63,991 bases of DNA, filler included, from Candidatus Babelota bacterium (GCA_017999075.1; 7 parts of 7 records of this genome joined end to end with filler, not necessarily neighbours in it); one strand, 5' to 3'; shown: positions 31,801 through 40,705, counted from the whole stretch's first letter. Program-made: numbers and translations. The notes: generated by a model not told the origin, from the sequence alone.

Positions 31801-33490
31801 CGCTGATGCTGGTGATGAACTTCTTCAAGAAAAAGCTGTTCAAGATGACGGTATAGATTGTTACTGGTTCACCGCAGCAAATCAAATAAAATTAAGCGAA
31901 AACCTTCAATCAAAACTTGTAGGGAATGTTGATTTGATCGTTGATTACGCATACGATACAGGAGCTGCACGTTCAGATATAATTACTTTGCCGGCAACTC
32001 CGATGAATTACACTCCTGCAACAGGTTCAGAAAAAATTTATATTAAAGATCAGGATACAAACGGAGACGGACTGGTTACTGCAGCGGACACTGATGAAGG
32101 ATGGCGATTATTAACCAGATCTGAAGACGGCGGAGCTACTGACGATTATGTTTTAACAGGAAATCAAGTTCAATTTGTAAACAATGGCAGATTTGCAGGA
32201 AATCCTGATGTTTATGTTCAATATATAACAGATAATCAAAATTTGTTTACAACCTCAAAAAAATTTCTTGATTATACTGATGGAGCATTAGATGGTTCTG
32301 AAATAGTAACTGTTGATGGAATTCAATTATCACAAACAGGAGGGGACTATACTGTTTCAGAAAGTTCTGCTGGAAATGGATATGATCAGGTAACTTTACA
32401 GGGGTTGGATAGATTGGTGGGAATGAAAAGTAATGGCACTTTAAAACCAACAGATGATACTCAGCATACTATAACAATTGCCTATGATACAAAAAATACA
32501 TTTTCATTAGTTGATTTGCCTTTTTCAGCAAGTAATTACATAGGATGGATAATAGATTATGAAAATACAACAGGCAGCGGAATGACCGTAACTCTTGACG
32601 GAACAACATTGACATACGGAACAGATTACATTGTAAATCTTACTGATGCAGGAAACACTACAGATTATCTTAATCCTACTCCTCCAATTAACAGAACTCA
32701 GCATTATCATTCTTCAAAACCTGTTTATAATTACGAACTTGAACTTATTAATAATGGCAGACTAGTGGGAATGGATGGTGCAGCACAGCATGAACTTATA
32801 GCAACTTTTGATTTTGACGTGTTTGAAGAATATAAAGTAAGCGTTAATACATTAGATGGTACGACTCCAGGGGTAAGAAACATTGAAATAATAAATCAAG
32901 TTACTGGACTCCCTTTAACAGAAGATTTAATTAATGGTTATGAACTTCTTGATGTAGAACAATATTATGATGAAGTAGCCGATATAACTTACAGCAATTA
33001 TTATATTTCAATTCATGGAAGCGATAATGTAGGTCCTCATTCAGTAAATTATGAATTTCTTGATGAAACTGAAATTGACCCGTTTACAGCTCAAATTCAT
33101 TCAGGCCCAAAATCAAATGAGATTATCAATATTGTTTTACCTGGCGCAAGCGTTAAAAGTTTAGGAGTCAGAGAATTATCATTATTGACACAACAGTCAT
33201 CATCCGAAGCAATGACTGCAATTGACAATGCATTGACTCAGGTTACTTCAAACCGAGCTGTTATAGGTTCGTCTGTTTCAAGAATTATGAAAACTTACAA
33301 TAATCTAATGTACCGTATGGAAAATACAGATTATACTCTTGCCCAGATTAAAGCTGCTGATGTGGCTGAAAATGCAATGGAATATTTTAAAGCTAAACTT
33401 GCCACAGCTAAAACGTTAAATTTCTACAATTACTCGAATTTCAGACAATTAACACCTTCAACAATAATAACGCAATTCTATAAAAATTGA
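28859..33490 (+). CDS. Giant flagellin (1543 aa) with ~1270-aa repetitive beta-rich insertion
   Basis: Flagellin N domain (QRLSSGLRINSASDDSAGL, IQSANDT.SDDER) and C domain (IDNAL..V...RA.IG...R, IKAADVAE); ~14 internal repeats. Confidence 0.9.
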   Translation: MLVTTNLGAYQSLRYFNNTNNVVSKTLQRLSSGLRINSASDDSAGLSVSEKFKSDLLGMQQALRNVQEGISILQIADDSYIQVQNTLNKMKCLAIQSANDTLSDDERAALDNELFQYKVELDRVFRRTTSGNYQHIFGEPETGWMTKTSSETPITYNTSKTYNEGYSENYSIGTNLTTANIRAANASNILGKHQAIDIGTSQTVFTESTGQSETFQTGRTDTFNVTSNTQTKSVGITETTYTPGVTDTFTRGLIDTFTAGNTKTWTRGTHETQFIDGSMNINLSVSPDTASVIVKKITGAGSETLTLGTDYSIGGGGNQTINFFGAGISSGDQIYVEYVEADGSKFDLGEYAETDSFIVKVSSLNGGAALTEGVHYQITDTGTGHRIELLDPAPAGPGGGNYMLIGDNNETHHSINIQYTKQDENKFTISGAGAGERILDYGDGVTGEVVKTVSSLETVGAGTIAAGTTLVKGTHYILSDDGSGNYTGIELIGNYKLKGNKNGAAGTQQQSLKIEYVRTGDNIITLNNPLLDYAGSSTGSEKVTFNGATLTRDTHYTVAGNVITLSSASNFKGSNSAVNNHSFNIKYLTDVSENTIALTNEPANESVMQVRVNGALYADTRFTLNQGATIGTVEGDETLTFDDPWKLRGGDSVTITYMTQDPYVWDIIEADPILSGTEKVYINGTLKTAGTDYTLTSAAGANQITFSAGLITGSSTLSIQYLTTLENSFTLNQNPLDYFTGAGVDDNKKCGSEIVKVNGVTKTAVTHYNIDGNTVSFQYNLSAGDVVTVEYAHTDQFNLTDGTPLDYYVADNDICGSEILKLGGVELTAGAANDYTINGTTIDLSNTTIVGNKSVSIEYADNDTFTLRDESSNPVTPFLDSLEIYVEADPVKKNEGTGAGDWWHFIPDPPGTETNQIQFNPNDGTTNGLRGQNSIEARFIKVATPLTINLENNALNYATNTADGTIYDSALVYIDNNHNGSADAGDELLQEKAVQDDGIDCYWFTAANQIKLSENLQSKLVGNVDLIVDYAYDTGAARSDIITLPATPMNYTPATGSEKIYIKDQDTNGDGLVTAADTDEGWRLLTRSEDGGATDDYVLTGNQVQFVNNGRFAGNPDVYVQYITDNQNLFTTSKKFLDYTDGALDGSEIVTVDGIQLSQTGGDYTVSESSAGNGYDQVTLQGLDRLVGMKSNGTLKPTDDTQHTITIAYDTKNTFSLVDLPFSASNYIGWIIDYENTTGSGMTVTLDGTTLTYGTDYIVNLTDAGNTTDYLNPTPPINRTQHYHSSKPVYNYELELINNGRLVGMDGAAQHELIATFDFDVFEEYKVSVNTLDGTTPGVRNIEIINQVTGLPLTEDLINGYELLDVEQYYDEVADITYSNYYISIHGSDNVGPHSVNYEFLDETEIDPFTAQIHSGPKSNEIINIVLPGASVKSLGVRELSLLTQQSSSEAMTAIDNALTQVTSNRAVIGSSVSRIMKTYNNLMYRMENTDYTLAQIKAADVAENAMEYFKAKLATAKTLNFYNYSNFRQLTPSTIITQFYKN

Positions 33491-33532
33491 TATTTTATGT
33501 AAATCAAATTAAATAAGATTTTTTTATTTTTT

Positions 33533-34381
33533 ATGAACAAAGAACTATTATTTAAAGGATATTTTTCTATTTTGACGGGAGCTTTATTATTCACTTTATC
33601 AACGGTTTTTGCAAAATATGTTACTGATATGTCAAATAAAATCAATGGTGCTGAAATAAGCTTTTTCAGATATGCATTAGGCCTTATTATAGTAATTTTC
33701 TGCAGAATTATTTTAAAATATAAAATTAATCCTGTAAATAAAAAAGGACTTTACTTAAGGGCCTTGTTAAATGCAGTCGCTGTGATTTTATTTTTTCTCG
33801 CTGTTCAATATTCAACTGTTACTAACGCAAATATATTAAATATGTCTTACCCTATTTTTGTGGCAATAAGCTCTATTTGGGTTTTAAAAGAAAAAATAAC
33901 TGTTAATATAGGAATTTGTTTAATATTATCTCTTATTGGTTCGTTTATAATAATGAATCCGTCTGAACTAAAAATTAATTACGGAGATATCTTCGGATTT
34001 CTATCAGCAATAATAGGCGGATTCGCCATTACAGATTTAAAATATGTCAGGAAAACTGACGATACCTTCACAATTCTCTATTACCTATTTTTTTATGGAA
34101 CAATTATAACATCATTAGTAGCAGCTCCTTCATTCGTATTACCAAATATGAAAGAATTGATCTATACTCTGTTATCTTCTCTTACTGCTATAGGTGGACA
34201 GTTTGTACTGACTTATGGACAAAAATATTGTTCCGCCACTAAAGGCAGTATAATATCAATGTCACGTATAATTTTTGCCTCACTATTAGGAATTATGTTA
34301 TTCGGAGATAATATTGATTTTTATTTAATAATAGGAACTTTGCTGATTATACTTCCTAACATAATAATTATCAAAGGATAA
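33533..34381 (+). CDS. DMT/EamA family transporter
   Basis: About 10 TMs, FFRY, P.FV......LKEK. Confidence 0.88.
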   Translation: MNKELLFKGYFSILTGALLFTLSTVFAKYVTDMSNKINGAEISFFRYALGLIIVIFCRIILKYKINPVNKKGLYLRALLNAVAVILFFLAVQYSTVTNANILNMSYPIFVAISSIWVLKEKITVNIGICLILSLIGSFIIMNPSELKINYGDIFGFLSAIIGGFAITDLKYVRKTDDTFTILYYLFFYGTIITSLVAAPSFVLPNMKELIYTLLSSLTAIGGQFVLTYGQKYCSATKGSIISMSRIIFASLLGIMLFGDNIDFYLIIGTLLIILPNIIIIKG

Positions 34382-34382
34382 T

Positions 34383-35921
34383 TTATTTTAACTGTGGTTT
34401 TATGCAATTCATTTTTAATTTTACTGTTGTAATATCATTTTTTCTATATATTTCTATGTCGCCTCTATGAAGTTCAATAATTCTTTTGGTAATAGCAAGT
34501 CCAAGACCAGTTCCTGTTTGTTTAGTGGTGTAAAATATATCAAATAATCTGTCTTTTTCTGTATTATCAAAACCGCTTCCATTATCACTTATAGTTATTG
34601 TCAATCTATTTTTGTCATTTTCTTCATACATTGACTTTATTTCTATATACCCGTTTTCATGGTCTATCGCTGAAACTGCATTCAAAAATATATTTAATAA
34701 AGCTTTTTCAAAATATAATTCATCACCAAAAAAATTATCTGTTTCATCAGTATTGTTTACTGCTATAATTTTTTTCTCTTTTAATTCATTCTCTATAAGT
34801 TTTATACAATTTGCAGTTATTTTAAATAAATTAATAGGTTTAATCTCAATTTTCTTATCAGCTGATAAAAATAAAAAATCTGTCGTTACTTTGTTTAATT
34901 TTTCGATTTCCAACTTTATTTTTAAAATCAAACGATCTATCGGCTCGGTCTTTTCTATTTTCCTTTCAAGAAGTTCAAGAAAACCTGAAATTCCGCTTAA
35001 AGGATTTCTGACTTCGTGAGCTACGACAGCTGCCATAGTTCCAAGAAAATATAATCTTTCTGATTCTTTTAGTTTTGATTCCATTCTATCTGCTCGGATT
35101 GTTGCAGCATATTCTTTCTCCTGTAAAACTCTGTTTAATAAAGATATATTTTCTATCATTTCATTGAAACTTTCAGCTAAAAAATTAATCTCATCGTTCC
35201 TTTTCGAAATTGATATTTTTTCTGTAAAATTTCCTGCTGATGCGTTTTTAACATATAAAACTATATTCCCTATCGGTTTCAATATATATTTAGTGAACAT
35301 TAAACTTATAAATAATATGAATGCCAAACTTATTGCAGCAATTATTAGCAAATCATCTAATAATCTGCTGAAAACTATCAATATGTCATTACTTGCTTCA
35401 ACAGCCAACACCGCGATTGTCTTACCATTATCCCGAACAGGAGAATAACAAATTAATATATTCTTTCCATCATAACTTTTAAACATTTCAGATATATTGG
35501 TTTTACCGGTTTTAAAAACTGATTCTATCTCAAATTTATCCTTCTGCATTTTTATAAATTCTGTTGAATTATCAGAACCTGTGGTGACTAATATTTTAAA
35601 ATTTTTATCTATAAGATGAATGTTATCCAGCTTTATTTCATTTTTTATTTTAATAAACTCTTTTATCAAATTAGATGTTATAATGCTGTCAGGCGCTGGA
35701 TTATTAGCTTTAGAAATGTAAGTTTTAGTAGTATCGTTAAAATTTTGAATAAGAATTATTTTTGAAATATTTATTAAACTTTTATCAATTTCAAATGCAA
35801 TCCTTTTTTTTACTATAAAATATAAATATAAAATAATTGTATTAAAAAAAATAAAAAAAATAAAAATATATATTATAAATCTGGTTTTAAGTCCGAATTT
35901 TATCTTATTGTTCAAAGTCAT
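34383..35921 (-). CDS. Membrane sensor histidine kinase (HAMP, HisKA, HATPase)
   Basis: AHEVRNPL, N..LNA, DNGSG, TTK..GTGLGL; two TMs and HAMP (DEI..LA.SFN.M). Confidence 0.92.
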   Translation of the reverse strand: MTLNNKIKFGLKTRFIIYIFIFFIFFNTIILYLYFIVKKRIAFEIDKSLINISKIILIQNFNDTTKTYISKANNPAPDSIITSNLIKEFIKIKNEIKLDNIHLIDKNFKILVTTGSDNSTEFIKMQKDKFEIESVFKTGKTNISEMFKSYDGKNILICYSPVRDNGKTIAVLAVEASNDILIVFSRLLDDLLIIAAISLAFILFISLMFTKYILKPIGNIVLYVKNASAGNFTEKISISKRNDEINFLAESFNEMIENISLLNRVLQEKEYAATIRADRMESKLKESERLYFLGTMAAVVAHEVRNPLSGISGFLELLERKIEKTEPIDRLILKIKLEIEKLNKVTTDFLFLSADKKIEIKPINLFKITANCIKLIENELKEKKIIAVNNTDETDNFFGDELYFEKALLNIFLNAVSAIDHENGYIEIKSMYEENDKNRLTITISDNGSGFDNTEKDRLFDIFYTTKQTGTGLGLAITKRIIELHRGDIEIYRKNDITTVKLKMNCIKPQLK

Positions 35922-36858
35922 AATTTTTTAAATACATACCATTTTGTTCTAAAAAATCGGCAAAATCTTTTTTTACAGGAGCTATTTTATATAATTCAAT
36001 TCCTGTACCAGGATGAATAAACTTTATACTATATGAATGTAGCATTAATCTTGATTCATTTTTATGAGATGTTGAATATAATCTGTCTCCAACTACAGGA
36101 TGATTTATACTTTTAAAATGTGTTCGGATCTGATGGGTTCTGCCTGTTTTTAAATTCACCTCTATTAAAGTATAATTATTTCCTCGTTCAATAGTTTTAA
36201 ATTCCGTTATTGCAGGTTTTCCGTCATCACGTATCTGCATCAACTTCCTGTTATTCTTGTTCCTGCCTATTGGGTAAGTTATTATCCCTTTAACTTCATT
36301 AATATTTCCGTAAACTAAAGCTATATATTTTTTTTCAATCATTCTATTTTTAAATAAATCACTTAATTTCGACTGTATCTCAGGAGATTTTGCAAATACA
36401 ATAAGTCCTGAGGTATCTTTGTCAAGACGGTGAACTACTCCTGGTCTATATTCATAATCTTCCTCATCAAAATCATAAATTTCAGGATTTATTGAACCTC
36501 GGTGCATCAAAGCGTTTACTACAGAACCTGATTTCACATTTCCAGCAGGATGAGTTATCATACCGATATCTTTATTTATAATAATTAAATATTCGTCTTC
36601 ATAAATTACATCAAGATCTATTTTTTCTGATAAAACAGGTTTTGGAGAAAGAACAATATGATTATAATTTATTATATCTCCGTCACATAAAATTCTGTTC
36701 GGCTTATTTACATTCAAACCATTAATTGTTAAACAACCTGATTTAATGTTATTTTGTAATTTTGTTCTGCTTATTTTAAGAATTGAACTTAAAAAAATAT
36801 CTACGCGTTCTCCGGAATAATCAGCCAGTTCATTAGAAATTTTAAATTGATATTCCAT
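35905..36858 (-). CDS. rluD: RluA/RluD family pseudouridine synthase
   Basis: S4 domain, RPGVVHRLDKDTSG, TGRTHQIR.H, LH. Confidence 0.9.
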   Translation of the reverse strand: MEYQFKISNELADYSGERVDIFLSSILKISRTKLQNNIKSGCLTINGLNVNKPNRILCDGDIINYNHIVLSPKPVLSEKIDLDVIYEDEYLIIINKDIGMITHPAGNVKSGSVVNALMHRGSINPEIYDFDEEDYEYRPGVVHRLDKDTSGLIVFAKSPEIQSKLSDLFKNRMIEKKYIALVYGNINEVKGIITYPIGRNKNNRKLMQIRDDGKPAITEFKTIERGNNYTLIEVNLKTGRTHQIRTHFKSINHPVVGDRLYSTSHKNESRLMLHSYSIKFIHPGTGIELYKIAPVKKDFADFLEQNGMYLKNYDFEQ

Positions 36859-37057
36859 AATCTTTAGCGTATGTTTTTATGAATCTTAGAAATGACCTGT
36901 CATAAGTGCTTTCTATACTATCAGGAAAACAACAAGCTGGAAGTTCTCTCATACTTAAATGATACTGTAGACAATCACAGCAAGCTCCTTTTTTTAAACA
37001 ACTATTGTAAGAACAATTGCAATTTCTTAAATTTTTTTCTTTGCTGCAGGAAACCAT
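36842..37057 (-). CDS. Small Cys-rich protein (DUF6485-like)
   Basis: N..NCNC.Y..C.KKG.CC.C..YH....ELPAC.FP.....TYDRS; overlaps the rluD start. Confidence 0.7.
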   Translation of the reverse strand: MVSCSKEKNLRNCNCSYNSCLKKGACCDCLQYHLSMRELPACCFPDSIESTYDRSFLRFIKTYAKDYGISI

Positions 37058-37094
37058 TTTAAAATAACCTTTTATATAAAAAATATTTTAATAA

Positions 37095-37171
37095 TGGTGG
37101 GCAGTACTGGACTCGAACCAACGACCCCCAGCGTGTCGAGCTGGTGCTCTAACCAACTGAGCTAACCGCCC
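37095..37171 (-). tRNA. tRNA-Val (GAC)
   Basis: GGGCGGT TAGCTCAGTTGGTTAGAGC A CCAGC-TCGACAC-GCTGG GGGTC GTTGG-TTCGAGT-CCAGT ACTGCCC ACCA; full cloverleaf with encoded CCA. Confidence 0.95.
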
Positions 37172-37321
37172 ACAATGTTTTCTTTGTTTTCTCGAGCGTG
37201 AAAACGCTCAAACACTGTATTTTATCAATGTTTCAGGTATTTTATATCATTATTTTGTATTGTCAATATTTTTTTCGGTTTTCACGATTTTTCACGGTTT
37301 TTAATGGTGTTTCAGAGATTC

Positions 37322-37354
37322 TATGTCACATTTATGTCACATTTACGGCACAGA
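37322..37354. repeat. 11-bp tandem direct repeats
   Basis: TATGTCACATT x2 followed by degenerate TACGGCACAGA. Confidence 0.7.
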
Positions 37355-37573
37355 AAAATTTAACCATTTATAGCTAAATCGCAACGAATAATAGTATTCT
37401 TTAAGAGAAAACCATATTTCCGAAAATAGATTCGGAATCTTGTAAAATATAAAAAACATTTACAAGTAATATTTATTTAAATCAATACTGATATACTTCT
37501 GTCAATCATTGATACAGTATTCATTTATCGTGTAATAACTATAATCATATTCATTTTCGGTTTTACTTTGCGC

Positions 37574-37978
37574 TTACGCAAACTTACACATCGCTCTTTT
37601 CAATGATTCCTCGGTAAAAAGCTGAATAGTATTTCCCAACCCATTATCTATAATCTTGTTTGCTTCTTCAACACTCTCAGGTCTGTTTAACTTTACTTGA
37701 TATCCAACGCCTATAATTATTTTACCTTCAACAGCCAGTTCAGATAGTAACTGACGGAAATAATTTGAAATTGAAAAAACAAATTCGTTATTTGGACAGT
37801 CCATCCAGTAATGACATTCTCTATCGTCATTAGTATTTAAGCCAGGAAAATCCGTCGGCTTACGGACTATAGAGTCGGCTGCATCTGCTAAAATAGTGTC
37901 GGGATAATTATTGATTTTATCAATAATTTTTTGTTTATCAAGCTTTTTATTATTATTATTATTTTCATTATCATTCAT
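37574..37978 (-). CDS. Hypothetical protein
   Basis: 134-aa ORF, no recognised motif. Confidence 0.55.
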   Translation of the reverse strand: MNDNENNNNNKKLDKQKIIDKINNYPDTILADAADSIVRKPTDFPGLNTNDDRECHYWMDCPNNEFVFSISNYFRQLLSELAVEGKIIIGVGYQVKLNRPESVEEANKIIDNGLGNTIQLFTEESLKRAMCKFA

Positions 37979-38084
37979 TGTAATNNNNNNNNNNNNNNNN
38001 NNNNNNNNNNNNNNNNNNNNNNNNNNNNTTAATTAATTAANNNNNNNNNNNNNNNNNNNNNNNNNNNNNNNNNNNNNNNNNNNN

Positions 38085-38174
38085 GTTTTTCACTGCCAGG
38101 TTTTTGTCGTATGCTACAGAAAGGTTCTGTAGATATAATATCGGATCGGGTATTTGTATAATATTTTGTTCCAT
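38085..38174 (-). CDS. Probable N-terminus of an ABC-transporter ATP-binding protein, truncated
   Basis: MEQNIIQIPDPILYLQNLSVAYDKNLAVKN resembles the ABC ATPase first strands; no Walker A visible before the gap. Confidence 0.45.
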
Positions 38175-38182
38175 TCTATTTT

Positions 38183-40705
38183 GTGTTTGCTGCAATTTGT
38201 TTTGATATAAACAATGATAATAAATCGGAAATAATTGTCGCTTCATCAGATAATTCATTAATTGTTTATGACAATAATCTGTCGGTATTGAAGAAAATTT
38301 ATACTAATGGACCGGTAACGTCATTGCCTGCAATTGCGGATATAGATTATGACGGGATTTTAGATATTGTATGCTGGACATCAACTGGGTATCTTCAGGC
38401 TTTTGACCTATCGACAGGAATTATTAAAACAGGATTTGAAAATATTAAAGTTACCAATTATCAGCCTCGATATATAAGTCCTGTTATAGCAGATTTCAAT
38501 AAAGATAATGAACTTGAAATAATAGTTGGCAATACTCAGTTGTATAGTTTTAATAATCGCGGCATACTGAATCCTAATTATCCTGTAAATTTAATTTCTG
38601 AAGTTGAAAGACCTTTTATTTTATATGACAACAACAGGGATGGATATAATGATTTGATAGTATGCTGTCAGGATAAAAGAATAAAACTTCTAAATTATAA
38701 AAATAACAGCGCCGTAGGGGAATTAACAAGATTATCTTACAAAAGCGAATATCAGACAATGTTTTTGGCTGATTCTTTTGACGGCGACACATATCCGGAA
38801 ATTTTAGTAAATGTCCGTACTAAATTACTGATGTACACATATTCAAATAATATAAGTTTGAAGAATTTTATATTTTTTGACGATTTAAATCTGCCCGCTT
38901 TGCCGTTTTCAGATAATTTTATAGGAGCGGCTCCAATAAAAAAACATAATAATTTTGAAGTGACTTTGACTACTCATTTGGCAACATCTTATAATATTAA
39001 ACCTTACGACTATTTTTTTACAGCGCCTTTTTTATCAGTTATTGCCGATACTTTAAATATAGCGGATTCCATAGATTTTCATCCGGCGCTTATTGATAGA
39101 AAAATTACAGAACGTGTTAATTTCTATACTGCGTCATATCTGGATTATGATAATAACGGAACCCTTGATCTTATTTATCCGGGATACAAAAATTATCTTA
39201 ACATAATAGGTTATCAAGATGAATCATCTCAATTTATGCAAAAACTTGATGAAATTCCGTTAAATGGCAAAGATGTTATGACTGCGGTGATTGCTGATGT
39301 TGACGGGAATAGCCGCGGAGACATAGTTTATAATGATGAAAATCAGGTTTATATTATTTCGACTGATTCTTTGAAAGCGTATTCTGCATATCCGCTTGGA
39401 GATATTCGTAATACTAACACTAATTTTTTTATAACTCATCCTGTAATATGCAATGATTCTTGTTATATAACTCGCGGCAATGAATTTACTGTAAAATGGA
39501 AAAATCCTAATTTTTTTGATACTTATTATTATTCTTATTCTATTGATAATGGAAAAACGTTTACTCAATATTTGCAGGACACTCAGGTTACTTTTACAAG
39601 TCTTGCGGATTCAGATTATATTTTTTTGCTGAAAACAAAAAATGAATTTAACAGAACAACTGCAGAAAATTTGAAATATATTTTTAAAATTGATAATGTT
39701 GCTCCTGAAATAAACATTATATCTCCGCAGCAAAATCAAACTGTCTCTGAGATTTGGAATGTAAAATTTAATGTTAAAGAAAATAATATTGATACTGTTT
39801 TATGCAGTATCAGAACTGATACGGATTATTATATAATTTATGAATCTCATTATAAAACTGATACAATAGAATTTCAGTTTGATTTTTCACAATATACTTC
39901 AGAAACGCTTACTTTTAAAATTTCGGCTTTTGAATTTTTTTCAAATAATAAGACGGAAACTGAAATTGTTTTATTTAATTCGCGAAAAAAAATTTTATTG
40001 ACGCCTGATTTTAATGAAAAGATTTTTTTTAATAATGATGGATTGACAATTTCTGTTCCGCAGAACAGCGTTGAATATAATCAGTTGCTTTCTGTGTTTT
40101 GCGCTCAATTGTCAGAATACCGGAATCTGGCTTTATACAGTCCTGTGTATTATATCGGCGGATCGGATATAAAATTAAAACAGCCGTTAAACTGTTCGAT
40201 ACAGTTAAACGATACTGAATTGAACCACATCAAATTTTCCAAACCGTTATTTTCTATGAATTACAACGGAATACCTGTTTCTGTTTACTATGCGCAGGAT
40301 ACGTCAACTGCCAATGCAGTTAAACTCGGCGGTTCTGTATTTGACAACTATATTAATTTTAATTTTAACGGCAGCGGATATTATTTTGCCGCTTTATATT
40401 CGGATAGTTTTTTATATACGGATACTGTGGATACTTCAGAGTTTAAATTGAATATAATTCCAAGAATAATAACTCAAAATCAAACTTCATTTTTTAATTT
40501 TTATTTTGAAAATCAGCAATATTTATCTGTAAAATCATATAATCTTAATGGTTTATTTATAGAAAATATTTTTGAAGGAAGTTTAAACTCTGGAATTCAT
40601 AATATACCGGTGATTTTTCCCCGGGAGAAATATAGTTCCGGAATATATTTGATATTATTTGAATCAGATTGCAGAAAAATTAAAAAGGTCATTTACATTA
40701 AATAA
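38183..40705 (+). CDS. FG-GAP/VCBS beta-propeller + Ig-like + CTD protein (N-terminus apparently missing)
   Basis: Repeated D.D.DG..[DE]I motifs, IDNVAP, C-terminal YNLNG.....SGIY.I.....KKVIYIK; no signal peptide. Confidence 0.8.
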   Translation: MFAAICFDINNDNKSEIIVASSDNSLIVYDNNLSVLKKIYTNGPVTSLPAIADIDYDGILDIVCWTSTGYLQAFDLSTGIIKTGFENIKVTNYQPRYISPVIADFNKDNELEIIVGNTQLYSFNNRGILNPNYPVNLISEVERPFILYDNNRDGYNDLIVCCQDKRIKLLNYKNNSAVGELTRLSYKSEYQTMFLADSFDGDTYPEILVNVRTKLLMYTYSNNISLKNFIFFDDLNLPALPFSDNFIGAAPIKKHNNFEVTLTTHLATSYNIKPYDYFFTAPFLSVIADTLNIADSIDFHPALIDRKITERVNFYTASYLDYDNNGTLDLIYPGYKNYLNIIGYQDESSQFMQKLDEIPLNGKDVMTAVIADVDGNSRGDIVYNDENQVYIISTDSLKAYSAYPLGDIRNTNTNFFITHPVICNDSCYITRGNEFTVKWKNPNFFDTYYYSYSIDNGKTFTQYLQDTQVTFTSLADSDYIFLLKTKNEFNRTTAENLKYIFKIDNVAPEINIISPQQNQTVSEIWNVKFNVKENNIDTVLCSIRTDTDYYIIYESHYKTDTIEFQFDFSQYTSETLTFKISAFEFFSNNKTETEIVLFNSRKKILLTPDFNEKIFFNNDGLTISVPQNSVEYNQLLSVFCAQLSEYRNLALYSPVYYIGGSDIKLKQPLNCSIQLNDTELNHIKFSKPLFSMNYNGIPVSVYYAQDTSTANAVKLGGSVFDNYINFNFNGSGYYFAALYSDSFLYTDTVDTSEFKLNIIPRIITQNQTSFFNFYFENQQYLSVKSYNLNGLFIENIFEGSLNSGIHNIPVIFPREKYSSGIYLILFESDCRKIKKVIYIK

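Noticed and set aside
27752-33490. Apparent flgB-flgC-flagellin operon
   Set aside because: A linker at 28551-28650 separates them; the adjacency comes from size-sorted concatenation.
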